A stretch of DNA of 64,000 bases from contig OZ038378.1 of NCBI GenBank assembly GCA_964036045.1, positions 155,434,001 through 155,498,000 of the forward strand. The letters are read 5' to 3'. Within the stretch, counting starts at the first letter, position 1. Each line of letters starts with the position of its first letter. The position numbers and the translations under genes are program-made. Below the pieces are notes generated by a model that worked only from the letters and a program-made list of their open reading frames with translations, did no database searches and had not been told where the DNA came from. Shown here in pieces: positions 46,194-59,647 of the stretch. Origin of the DNA: Eutreptiella sp. 'Long Island Sound 2002' (lineage: Eukaryota; Protista; Euglenida).

Positions 46194-49100
46194 CTGTCGC
46201 GGAGGAGGAAGCAGAAGGGCGAGGCTGCGAGCACGGGGTGATGGAAAAGGCAGGAACAAGGGGTGGTGGGGAAGGAGGATGAGGGAGGGGCGGTAAGAAA
46301 TGGAGGGCAGCAAGTAGGAGGGGGCTGTGCGCAAATAGTTTGGGTTGTGTGCCTCAGGGCAAAGAGTTGCGGGTCACCAAGTAATACGCTGCCCCGTTAC
46401 GTGGCCCTAGCCCAGGGCACACTCCTGCTTCGGGTTTGTTTTGGCGGCACTGCAAGGGTGCCCAGTGGGCGACGACGCCTGTCCTGCTGTTGTGGATGAT
46501 TTTTGTGGGTGAGCTCCCGCTGTCGCTCAGGCCAACCCTGGCAACGGAGGTGTTCCACGGCGAGTATGGCGGAGAACTGCAGTGCGCCTCTGATGGGTAT
46601 AACCCCCGCAGAGGCACATGGATGCACACCCTTGGCCCCGGGGCCTTGGTTGTAGTGACCAGGTATCCGCCTCCCACGCAAGGGACCGGGCGGCCCTGAC
46701 CACAGTGCCAGGCCACCCTTACCTTTCCCCACAAGGCAAAATGCCTGGAAACGCCGCACACCACCGATGAGCGACACTTGGCGTTTCGGACCCTCCTGGC
46801 CTATTTTCTCAGGCTTTATGGGAACCCCCACCCCACCCCGCACCCCAGAGTAGACCCTGGCCGACAAGCAGGCCACACAGAAGACATGGCACAACACCGA
46901 TTGTGTTACATGTGAACCGACCAGCTTTCATGGAATTCCAGAGGTCTCATCCACACCGTTTGTCTGTCAGCTGCACACATCTTGACTCACGTGGCTTCAA
47001 GTACCGCATGTATAATGCGGCCTCTCCTTCCTGTTTGACACGAGTGAGCGTCTCAGAGAGTTGCTCTAGGGTCCTCAACATTCACCCATTGTTTATTCGA
47101 TGGGTGCCCTGGTTTGAGACAGGGATTCAGGCTGTCCTTCGAGCCCCTGAATCTCCTCTGCCAGATCATAGCTCCCTCGCTGAACAACACACAGGCCACA
47201 GAGAAGACCTGAAATGCAGCACAGCGAGCAGCCCACACAGTTCAGGCTCAACCACCGGCGGTTGTTCTGTTCCCTTGCTGTTTCGGGGGGGGGGGTACCA
47301 TAAAGGTGCAGTGTGAGAGGGGGATTCGCGGCTACCAGCCGGGGCCTCTCTTGCTGGAGGGTTTTTCCCCATCACTGCCACGTGCATCACGCTATCGCTT
47401 ACCTCCCGGATCTTGCAATGACCCATTTTCTGCCTTATGCGCTGACATGTACCAAAGCTCTCCTGTAAGCAGCGTTCTCGTTGGGTATCAAAGAGGAAGA
47501 GTCTAAGCAACAGCGCAAGTGAGGGCGGGACTCGGGAATGTGTCGCTTTTGACACCCGAGACCCTGCAGAAGCAAGTTGCAGAGGGAGGAGGGGCCGTGG
47601 CATCCCACCTCCTTTTGAGGTGGCTCCACGAGGGCGCCTCCTGCAGATCAATGGACCTGCTGAGGCCTGAAGACCACTGCATCCGGTTGCTAGTGATGGC
47701 GTGTTGAACCTCCCCCAATTCCCGTGTCCTCCGCAGGGATCTCCTGGGCCCTCCGCACTGGCCCCTGAGCTTGCGCTCTTGTTCAGTGACCCGTGCGGTG
47801 CTGCATCTTTGGGTGACTTGTGGAGGGGCAAGCCAAAAAGATGGCGGCGGCGGGGGAGGTTGTGGGGCTGACCCTGAGGACATAATTAGGTCGTCCACTG
47901 CAGGCATTTGTGCCAGAGATGAGGACAGCCTGAGAAACCACCTGAAGCAAGTCCAAGGTCAAAGGGCCGAGACTGTTGGTAAGAAGAAGTCACATTGGCG
48001 TCCGACAAGAGAGACAAGGTATAAGAGTTGCGAAAAAAGGGGGGAGGGATTAGGAATCCGGGGGCACAGTGAGGAAGGCATCGTGAGGGCAGAGGGGGAG
48101 GAATGGGAGGAAGTGGGGGGTATGGTGCAAGAAGTATGGGGGCAATTGGTACTAGCAGCCAAACGGCGTAGGCAGTATGCGACAGACACGCAATGTCGGA
48201 TGACCTTGAGGAAATTCATGGGGTCATTCACCTCACCAAAAGCGGTGTCAACAAGGAACGGGTCGCAGAACTCCCCCCAAAACGCAGGGTCGGCCCAGAT
48301 TGGATGCGGCTTCCGGAACAGCGCCTTCAGAGTGAACTGCTGCCGCAGCTCCTGCTGGGCCTTCTCGGCATCCTTCACGCACTGCGAGTACAGGCTGTCC
48401 ACGTAAGTTCCCGCGCGCACCTGGGAGCCCGACAGCGCGGTGTTGGCTATGAACTTGACGTACTGGATGCAGACCTCTGTGCTGGCCCCGCCACCAAAAA
48501 GCACGATGCCCTCGGGGTCCACGGCGAACCTGCCGCCATGGATTGTGATCTCCTTCTTGGCCACGACCGCACACTTCTTACCCCCCACATACGTGGTCAT
48601 GGTATCGGACCCAACTGTCACCACAACTCTCGTCCACTTCTCTAAAGGGACCGACCCGTCTTGCCCAAACGACTCATCCAGCCCCAGTCCCAAGTTCGCG
48701 CTGACGAGGCATTCGCCAACCTCTGTCGGGTACGGCCAGCCGGTGGTGTACACAGACAACCCCTGCGAAGGGGGTGCCGCTGGCAGCAGCATGTCCATAA
48801 TCAGCGTGTACAACTGCACCTTCTCCCGCCTCTCTGGGAGTTGATCTTGATGCATCTCATCTGTTGCCGAAGGCTCCTCGGTCTCCTCCCCGCGGGCCTT
48901 AGCTCTACGTGCGCGGCGCTCCTGCATCTTCTTCTCCTTCTCTTTTTGCTTCTTCCAGATCATCTGCTGTGTTTCAATGCCCAACCGCACCTTCAAATAT
49001 GCGCCGGGCTGCAGTCTCAGCATCGTTGCCTTGGTGTTCATTTCCTCCAGATTGCCCTCGCCCACCACCTGGGCCTTCTGGGGCAACGTACCATCCCGGA

Positions 49101-49271
49101 AGTCAAAGACACGCGTGTTTGGCTCCTCTTTTTTCTTCTTGTGGTCCGCCCGTTGATCCTTGACTCCGGGCACCTCGTAAAAATGCAGAGTGTCAGCTGC
49201 ATCCGTCCACATCGTGGTATTCTCCGTTGGGTCTGGTTCGGCCTCGGCTGCCGCTGCTTCCAGCTCCTGGA

Positions 49272-52200
49272 TCAGCTCCTCATCCGATTCATCATCCGAT
49301 AAGGAGACAACGCGGCATGGTTGATACTCGCAATCGTCAGAAACCGCGGACCTTGCAAAGCTGCTGTTGTCCTCCATTCCAGCAGATTTGTCCGCGGCAG
49401 GACGCTCAATACTTTTGTTTGTCGCAGTGATGTGGGAACCGATTGCCCTAGAACAGTGGACGTCAATTGCCCTTGAACACTGGAGGTCGATTGGCCTTGA
49501 ATACTTGAAACCAGCGGTACTTGAACAGACGACGTCCGTGGGACTGGACCAGAGGAAATGAATGGGCCTTGTACGGAGGAAGTGAATGGGACGGCAGCGG
49601 TGCTGACGAAGTGGCCTTGAGCACTGGAAATCAGTTGAACGGACGAAAAGCGACAATCAGGGAGCCGGCAAATCCTACTCTCTGCTGACGGTCCGTGGCC
49701 ATCGCAGTCAGTCCCCCCATATCGGGGGACTGGGCTGCTGCACTCTCTTGTGCGTTGTTGGACCCCGAAACCGCATGGGCCCCATTCACCCCAAGGCCCG
49801 TAGCGGCCGTCCACGGCGCATGTGTCGCAGGGTCGGCTCTTGACGGCCGCGGGACACTTGGCTCCTCCGTTCTGCGGCGGCACCGCCACGGCGCGGGTGC
49901 GCGTGCGCATTCCGGTGGTGCAGCATCGACTCTACTCGGACCACCGATCGTACCCACAATCAACTGAGCACCCAAAGACCCCAATGAAGCTCTGGCCTTG
50001 AATAGTGGAAATCGATTGGCCTTGGACACTGGCCGCCGGTTGTGCCGGGCTGGGGCATGTTGCACTGCCGACGTTGGAGAAACCAGCATATCCCTTGGCA
50101 CAAACAACCGACTTGGATTTCAACGTCTCAAGCGTGCATCCACCGGCCCCTTCAGTGCACACCGCGTTGTTGTTGTTGTTGTTGTTGTCCTTGCGGATGC
50201 TGTACCCCATTGGGAGGACACACTTGGGCACAACTTTGATACTGAGGGTGGCTTGATTTGAGGTCGCACCATTGTTGTCCGTCACAGTGTACTGGATAGT
50301 AACGGTGCCAACGTATCCTTGTACAGGGGTGAATGTGACCACTCCGTTCGCATCCACAGTGGCAGTTCCCTGACCTTTGATTGTGGTTGTTGTTTGCCGA
50401 CCGCGAGCTGCAGGGTCCAGGTTCACCCTGCTTGGGTCAATGGTTCCATCAGGATCAACGTCATTGCCAACCAAACTCACGGTCCCTGAAGTGCCGACGA
50501 AGTGCTGACTGGTATCACCACCGCATCAGGGGCAGCTTGTGGGGGGCCGTTCACTTTGATACTGAGGGTGGCTTCATTCGAGGTCGCACCATCGTTGTCA
50601 TTCACAGTGTACGGGATAGTAACGGTGCCAACGTACCCTTGTACAGGGGTGAATGTGACTGCTCCGTACCCATTCACACTGGCCTCGCCCTGACCTCCCA
50701 ATTTAAGCCAGGATTGCCGACCAGGAGCTGCAGGGAGCAGATCCACAGTGCTTGGGTCAATGGTCCCGTCAGAATCAACGTCATTGCCAACCACAAGGTG
50801 AGTCCCTGGACGGTCTGCTGGGAACACCACATTATCATTGGCAGCTTGTGGTGGGGCGTTCACTTTGATACTGAGGGTGGCTTCATTCGAGGTCGCACCA
50901 TCGTTGTCATTCACAGTGTGCGGGATAGGTTCAGAGTGCCATCAACGATGAACAAGAAACTGCCCCACTCAGGCGCAGGCATGGTCTCCTGAGAGTCTTC
51001 AGGAACGTAAATGGGTTTTGTGGTACGAGGGCCACGACGTCTCCACAACAGTCCTCGAAAAGGCCCTCACCGACCCTTCCATCAATGGGGACGTCCGGAT
51101 GTTGCTGAACGAGCTTCAGCTCAATCCTTCTCTTCGTGCCACCGACAGGCCCCAGCAGCCTGCAGGATCTTAAAGTGCCAATTGAGTTTGCGCCTGCAGT
51201 CCGATTGAAAGCGCGGCTGTTCTCGTGAAACAGATTTTGTGGTACGAGGGCCACGACGTCTCCACAACAGTCCTCGAAAAGGCCCTCACCGACCCTTCCA
51301 TCAATGGGGACGTCCGGATGTTGCTGAACGAGCTTCAGCTCAATCCTTCTCTTCGTGCCACCGACAGGCCCCAGCAGCCTGCAGGATCTTAAAGTGCCAA
51401 TTGAGTTTGCGCCTGCAGTCCGATTGAAAGCGCGGCTGTTCTCGTGAAACAGATTTTGTGGTACGAGGGCCACGACGTCTCCACAACAGTCCTCGAAAAG
51501 GCCCTCACCGACCCTTCCATCAATGGGGACGTCCGGATGTTGCTGAACGAGCTTCAGCTCAATCCTTCTCTTCGTGCCACCGACAGGCCCCAGCAGCCTG
51601 CAGGCACTTAAAGTGCCAATTGAGTTTGCGCTTCTTGGCGTTATCGCCCTTCTCGGCGCTGCCAGCGCTGGGGGTGGAGGGTACAGTCCGCTTGTCACCC
51701 GGCTGCTCATCCTTGGGTGTGGGGTTGGGTGCTCCTCTTCCACCAGTGGGGGGTGCTGAGGACCTTCGTCCTCCACCAGGGTTACCCTTACCGGGGGGTC
51801 CCCCACGATTACGGCCTCCCCCCTCGGGGTTACCTTTACCGGCGTTCTTTCGCCGTTCTTCTTATGGCTCATGGAATTCGTGTGTTCAGGTCCCCGTCTT
51901 GTGGTCCGAGAAATATAGGCCCACAATCGACACCTTCGTGGCGGGGCCGCAATTCGTGCAGCTCCAGAAGTTCTTGACCGAGTTCCGTGAGGATGACCCC
52001 CAGGTGTGTGTGCCCCATCCGTCATCCCCACGCAGCCTGGAAGGTGGGTCCCTGGACGGTCTGCTGGGAACACCACATTATCATTGGCAGCTTGTGGGGG
52101 GGCGTTCACTTTTGGGAGGCCATACAGAAAAAAATACAGGTCATCACCGTTAGACTCCAAAAAGGCGCCGTTCTGGCCGGCTGATATGTACGCCACCCCA

Positions 52201-52877
52201 TCAGGGTAACCGTTGGCATGTGATGAAAGGGACTTGTCGCTCTGAGATTCCATATAGAAGTAGTAGTTATAAGCAGGAGAAAGCTCCACCTCCGGGGGAA
52301 ATGTCCACCTCTTGCCACCGAATGATGAGTCATCGACTGACACTGAGCTGGCGATGAGACTGGCCGATGTGGACAGGTCAGCGGGTGTACCAGTGTATGG
52401 CGCGGACAAGATGTGGAGAGTGCCGACCGCATAATGTGCCGGGGACTGACCGTAAACGACAAAATTGAACTGGATGTTATTGTAGGGGACTAGCACATTC
52501 AATTTCGGTATCGGAATCGAAACGGCCTGCCCGTAGAACTGCCCGTCCGTCTGCCCGCTGTTTGTGAGACCGCTGTTAACCGGCCAATTAAGGATGATGG
52601 GCGCAACTCCGCAAGCAGGGAGATCGAACGTCCCACCATTGACTGGGCATTGAACATTGCGCGTGTCTAGATTGCCCTTATAACCCTCAGCGCACGTCAG
52701 TAAATTCCGGGTGTCAGCACTTGCTGCGAGCGCACCAACGGTACAGCCAGCCTCACCGTTGTTGCAGCTGGTGTCTGTGCTCAATGTTCCCACGGGAAGA
52801 GTGCAGAGGGGTTGGCCTGATGCAACCGAGTTCATGTAAAGCAGGATGAGAAAACACGAAATCCTGAACAAGAGCAT
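49272..52877 (-). pseudogene. Secreted Ig-like/TSP1 pseudogene, copy 2
   Basis: Same frames and the same three lesions as copy 1; the insert is 219 bp longer. Confidence 0.8.
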
Positions 52878-55800
52878 GTTGCTTCCAGCAAAAAGGAGCC
52901 CAAAAATAATAGACACTCAGAGCATGGGATGTACGAGAACGGGCATGTGTCTAGGACGAGTCCAACCATTCTCCCCTTCCCCTCCCCACTAATTAGGTCT
53001 CACCCCTCTCAAGGGGCCTTCCGCCCACTTCTACTGCGCGCGGCGGGGGGGGGGGGTCGCGTCTCAACGCAAGAATTTGTCTCCTCTTTGCTGCATGGGA
53101 ATGCGGGAACGTGGTGCGGGTGAGAATATTGTGGTACATTGTGGTCACCAAACTCAACATCCCAGGGGCGGATGTCGCAGAGTTGTTGCGGCATGGGTGG
53201 TCGTGGGCATACAACCTTCTTATGAGTGTACCATTTCCCCCTACCTTGTGTTGCAAGAGGGGTGGGTGCTTCTACCCAGTGGTACAACGAATTTAGCCCT
53301 TTTTGGACAACTTCATCTGCCACATTGTGGACTGTGGCCGACTGGGTACCCCTGGGCAAGTCCGGGTCCCCAACTTTGTGGTAGACTAGTCCAGAGGTAG
53401 TTAACGGGGGTGGCGGTGGCATGGCCGGCAGGTAGAATATTGGTGTCTTAGTTGGGGTGGAGACATGCCGCATCAATCCTGTAGCCTTACTTGGAGTGCT
53501 GTACGGGCTCTAGAAGGAATCCATCATGCCGCTTGGGCCACGGATGCTCAGTTGGACGGCGGAGTCCCCGCCGCTAAATTATGTTACATACCCTGGACCC
53601 TGTAAAACCTCCACTAGGAGATCCAACTTGCTGATCAAGACTTAATACTACGACTGAGCTGGGTCTGTATGGTTCTCCTCAAAAGGGTTGAAAAACCGCT
53701 CATTTTCATGTCAAAAGCCAGCAACTCATCCCTTACCCCACAACCACAAGGTGCACAACATTGCGATGATGCAGGATTGCAGAAAGCTGTACACAAAGCT
53801 GTGCCTTTGATCATCACCAAAGCTGACGTGCACACTGAGAGTCCTGTTCAGGGTTTTTGCTTCGAGCTTGGGTCTAGCATATTTTCATTGTTCTTAATTT
53901 GAATCTGAGGCACCCAGGGCTGTGGAATAGAAGCCAACAATTGCACATGGTTGCTTTTTGGGGCAGGCTTTGGAACGGCCTTGGCCAGGGGCTTAGGAAT
54001 GGGTTTGGGCTCCTGGGCTCCTTTCCTTCAGAACAAAATCATCCTTTGCGACATGCAGCCTACCCTCAAAAACATGACCCCATCCCCAAAGCCCACATGC
54101 CATTTTTTCCCATCCTGCTGAAAATCATTCCACGATTGCACATTACACGGATGTGGGTAACAGCCATGCCATAAACAGCAAATGGTCAGTCGTTAAAAAA
54201 AGCAGATCAAAATGTGAACCAATGGCCGTAACTCTCAAGTAAAATGTTGCAATTTCCACAGACAACCCTAACAATCATCAAACAGCCCCTCTGTCTGATC
54301 CATCGCCTCAAAATAATGTTGAAAAAACGGTTTTTGCCACAGGAATAAATTTCGCTCCGGCTTTAGTTCACATAAGATCCCAAAATTGCTGTGGTAAGTT
54401 TCACATACAGGGGGGGGGGGGGGGGCTGGCCCGGCGTGCACCTGGCGCGCTACTTTTGTACCAAGTATTCCAACTTTAGCCCCAGTTCTACCCTCCCCTG
54501 AGGGGGAATGTTTGCCCGGCGCGCTACTTTTCTATTAACTATCCCGACTTCAGCCCCAGATTTACCCTCTCATGGAGAAGCCCCCCAAGTAGACCACATT
54601 GCACTGCACACCTTCCCTACAAAGCACGTTGCAAAATAAAGCAATATCTGTGACTTCAACCACTGCAACTGTCATTTGTAGTGTAATTAACAAACAACAT
54701 TGGTCCCACAAGTGTGGGTGTCAATACATTCATTACAATAGTGCTCCTTACACTCATCACAAACTGCGACGGTGGAGCGCCTTTGGCAACACAAAACACA
54801 CACTTCCGCCTCATCCTCTGTGGATTGTGAGTCCCTAACCCCAACTCGAGGGGCCACGCAACAAAGCGTGGATTGTGAGTCCCTAACCCCAACTCGAGGG
54901 GCCACGCAACAAAGCGTGGATTCAAAGATTGTCCCGGTTTCCTCAATAGCACCGGAAGGTTGGGGCCCAAACGAGGGTGGAAATGCTACGTCACCCCTGC
55001 ATTCTCGGGGGTCCCCAACAAAGGAGACAAAATCAGAAGTCAAAACCTACGCCGGGGGGTCACCATGATGCTCCTAGTATCTCAAAGTGTGGGTCCCTAG
55101 TACAGCCAGGCGCCCAAATAGCTGCACTGTGCTAAGTGCGCCCCCTTAGCGCACCCCCTAAAAGGTCACCGGTGGGGCACGTGTCCAAAAAGATGCCCGG
55201 CGCGCGCCCGGCGCGCCCCTGAGAAGCCTCCCAAGCAAACCAGAATCAACCGCAAACCTTTCCAGACCAATTTTGTAAATTCCACTTGCTCAACACATAT
55301 GACATGGATTGTGCCTAATAAACAATTTCATATGTGTACACTCCGCACAATAATTTCAACTACATGCACCACAAACTGTGGTGGTGTGCTTCTAACAGCA
55401 CAATACACAAACCCCAACGTCATCCCCTCCATCATCTTGTATGGCAGCTGAGTTGCTTGCATAAGCAGTTTTCTGAACATGAGGGGCAACATGTTCCCAT
55501 GGTACATAAGGGGGGTAATGGACCAACGTGCCATTCTATCTCCCAATGAAGGCACAATGAAATGAATACGGTCCCGGTACGCCCCTTCATGGCCCCCAGC
55601 CTCAAAAGCAAACCGACCAGCTTGTGTGTGAGATGGTCCGTACCTTCCCCATGTTAAGACATGCCATCTGAGGGGAAAATGAAATGGCTACATAACCCCT
55701 GCATTCTCTGCAGAGTGTGGAGGAATCAGAGTGGTTGCTTAGTACAGTGCTGGTCACGGGCATTTTGGCCTTAAAAGATGCCCAGTGCACTAACGCACCC

Positions 55801-58800
55801 CCTCTACCTCCTAGATCTACTACGTGAACACAATGGCACAAATAGTGGAACACACATCATCGTCCAAAAAGCATGTGGTAAGTTTTGCACCAAACTGATT
55901 TGCCAAGTTTCCTAGAATGAAACAGACCCGTCCGAAGCCCCCGCCCCCCCGCCCACACACAGAGGCCAAGTTCTTGCACTGTGTGCGCACTGCGTGCGCA
56001 CTACGTGCATACTGCGCACGCAGAGGCTGGGATACTCACCCAAGAATACCTGTCACCTGTCTAGTAGCACGGGGAAGCAGCAAAGCCCACATGAGAACAA
56101 CGAAACTGCCTTCAACTTGGTAATCAACTGTCTTTATGAACAAGCCACTCAGCCTTGTGGTTGTTCTTCCAAAAATCAAAATGGGCCCTATGGAATTCAT
56201 TGAGGAAGAGGACCCGCTCAAGGGGTCGACATTTTCGGAGACTCATGGGTGGGGGCGGGGTTGAGGGCCACCGGTCCTTGTATTGATTTAAGATTGCCAC
56301 CTCCTTAGCGTGCATGGCCTTCAACTTACTCTTCACCACATCATGGTACCGAATGCTTGGATGTACTTCAACGGAGCCTCCTCCATGCTTTGAGGGGTCC
56401 TCGTCCTTCTTTTTTCCCACTCGTGCTTTGCCACCACTCTTGAATTGATGCCCGGCGCGCACCCCGTGCGCTAACGCCCATGCAGGGGAGGAAATAGGGG
56501 GAAATGGTTGAAAATGGGCAAAAATGGTAGACAATTCAAATATGCCACATCCTGAATGCTTAGGAAGCTAAAAAAAACCCCGGTACGGAACCAAAAACTT
56601 GTGAAAAGGGGTTGAAACTAGGGTTTGAGTGCGTGCATGGCATTCCCACACACTTGTACCAAGCAAATGAGGACTTTTCTAGATCCAGTCACCCTGCTGA
56701 TTCCTAGGGCATGGGGTGTAGGCCCTGGTGGCGCATAGCTGCGTTGGTTGTCATGCAATGTTGAGCCTTTGGGACCTTGGACTGCTGTGTGTGTGAGTGC
56801 CCCAAGTGGTGGGCAGATGGTTGACCGGAGCAATTTACACCGGATCTCACGAGAGCTCGCGCTTGCTGCAGCTGATCCGCTCGTACCAACTGTGCATCGG
56901 TTGCTTGGAAGGGTTGAAGGCCATGGACACAGCGAGGGCTCACTGTGGTGGGCATCATTTCTGGCACTGCTTCTCTCCTTGAGCTTCCGAAGATCCGCAC
57001 CGCGCGTGCACCGTGCAGACAGCAACCCTTTTGGAACCAAGTTGTCCTATTTCATTAGTTGTGACCATCCAACTATATCCTGGGCGCATACATTGCAGAT
57101 TTGGTCATTTGATGCATCGATGGGACGTCCGTGCTTCCCTTCATGTGGGCCATCTAATGTTGTGTTTCACGATCAGTAAGGTATTGTGGGACAGAAAATG
57201 TTTTCATGGCGGGTGTGTTAGATATAACGACGAATGGTGGGAGCATGTGATGTACGAGAACGGGCATGTGTCTAGGACGAGTCCAACCATTCTCCCCTTC
57301 CCCTCCCCACTAATTAGGTCTCACCCCTCTCAAGGGGCCTTCAGCCCACTTGTACTGCGCGCGCGCGGGGGTCGCGTCTCAACACAAGAATTTGTCTCCT
57401 CTTTGCTGCATGGGAATGCGGGAACGTGGTGCGGGTGAGAATATTTTTTTTTGCTCAGACTCACAAGTTCATCGTAAGTGCTCGGCCAGACGGGCCGGAT
57501 CAGTAATGACAGTGTAAGTACAACATATGTTGTCCCGTGCGATACCTGGGCCGCATACCACCCGTGGTGGCGGGACGTATATTTGAAACTCACCTGTAAC
57601 CTGTCATCCGCTCATGCAGTATCAGAAACTGCCGAGCCACCGGGGCAACGAAGAAAGAAAAACAGTAAATGAGAAAAAGTCTGCTGTGAGAAAAAGAGAG
57701 TAGCTTGCCTGGCGTCTCTGGTGGGATTATGTCCTTCATGTAACTCATGTACGTGGGCGCTTGATTGTCCATTGTGCTCTCTGGTCTTCAGGTCCACTGC
57801 GTTTTCTGCCCCTGGGGATATTCATCTGCTCCACGCTGGATGAGCATGCAAATGTCCGATCCCGCTGTGGATCAACGAAACCACAATATTCAGAAACACA
57901 GTGTAGGCACAAAAAAACCACCCTTTTTTGCCTCCTTGCCTGCCTTTGGTCTGAACCCACCAAGTGACAACTGACAGCACACCAGCAGACATCCGGCGTG
58001 TGCGCAACATTCCAGCATTGTTGCTCACGGTGCCTTGCCGCTGATTGTGCAGCTGTTGTGGAGTACATTGTGCGCAGCACAACGATAATTCTGCATGCAA
58101 CAATTTGTCTGAAATTTTTCTATTTAGAATTCTTGGCCCAGACCAAGATGAGCTGGCCTAGACTGGTCACTGCACCAAATTAGGCAGGGGAAATGCAGTA
58201 GCAAGGCGAACATGCACCAGATTTCCAGCACACAGCTCGCAATGCCCATAACTCCACCGGGACTTGCGTGGCGCCACCCACGTCTCAGCACAACTCTGGA
58301 GGCTCTGAGAGGTTGGTGAGAAAGAGAAAAGATGCAATGGAAAGATAAATCTTAATGCAACAATTTGTCTGAAACTTTTCTATTTAGAATTCTTGGCCCA
58401 GACCAAGATGAGCTGGCCTAGACTGGTCACTGCACCAAATTAGGCAGGGGAAATGCAGTAGCAAGGCGAACATGTACCGGATGTCCAGCACACAGCTCGC
58501 AATGCCCACAAATCCACCGGGACTTGCGTGGCGCCACCCACGTCCAAGCACAACTCTGGAGGCTTTGAGAGGCTTAGCCCCCTAACCAGGCATCCTTCAG
58601 GTGTGCTTGGCACGGCACGAGCCCAGGGGGAAGGCAACAACTGTCTTGACCGTAATCCCTCTGACGAGTGATGGCGACAGGGTGCTGCAGGCTTCAGGGG
58701 GTCAATAGGGGGCAGCCCCTCCTCTTGCCGTGTTTGTTTCCGGCCTCCTGCCAATGTGCTGCCCCTCTTGCCCATCTCTGTGCCGCGCACCCAAACTCCC

Positions 58801-58816
58801 TCGCCCCATACTCTAC

Positions 58817-59647
58817 CTGGAGCTGGAAAGGGGAGATGCTCTTGCTCTTCGCCTGCATCACGGCAGCATGGGCCAGCTGCTTGCACCCAAGTTTGATCAG
58901 GTGATTATTGTTGTCGCTCAGCTTTTTCAGGCAGTGCAGGTCGTTGATGACGAACTTCAAATACTGCAGCCGCAACATGAAGGTCACCGCCTTCACCTTC
59001 GTCTCACTCATCCCCCTCCAGAGCAGCAAGTACCGCACCGACTCCAAAAATGCTCGATACGCTGATGCCTGGCACCGTGGGGGCGTCCGGAAGGCACTGC
59101 AAGGTTCGTCACAGGTTTCCGCAATCGCGGCCTGCAACGGTTTGCCTGCAAGCCACGGCAGCAGCCAGTCGTAGACGTTCTCCACATGCTTCTCTGGGCC
59201 ATCTCCTATCATGCTCATCAGGAAGTACATCCACCATGAATCATCCTGCATCCTGTCATCGGGGATGTTATCAATGGCAATGCAGCCTTTGTACTTGATT
59301 TTGCCATCCAGCGTTGCCACCGAGGGATGATACGGGTTCTCGTCCCCACCCGCGCACGCCACAAAGCGGAATCCTGACGCCTTCTTGATCAGCATGAAGA
59401 CAATCTTCTTCGGTGAGGGCAACAGCAGTGCCTGTCCCACTCCCAACTCCCCGATGTTCTTCTTCAAGAACTTCAACAGCGCGGTCAGCCGCGACACACT
59501 CTGCAGGGTCCGCTGCCGCAGGCCGAAGCCCACTGCGCGCTCCAGGTCCTTGAGGGTGGACAGCAGACGATCTTGGTCCTCTTCCATGAAACTTCCCATC
59601 CACTGCGACTGCTCCTTCGCCATGCGCGCCATCGAAAAGTGCAGCAC
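58817..59647 (-). CDS. Orphan exon X, copy 3 (intact acceptor and donor)
   Basis: AG at 59649-59648, GT at 58816-58815; 364-aa track ORF nearly identical to copy 2. Confidence 0.7.
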
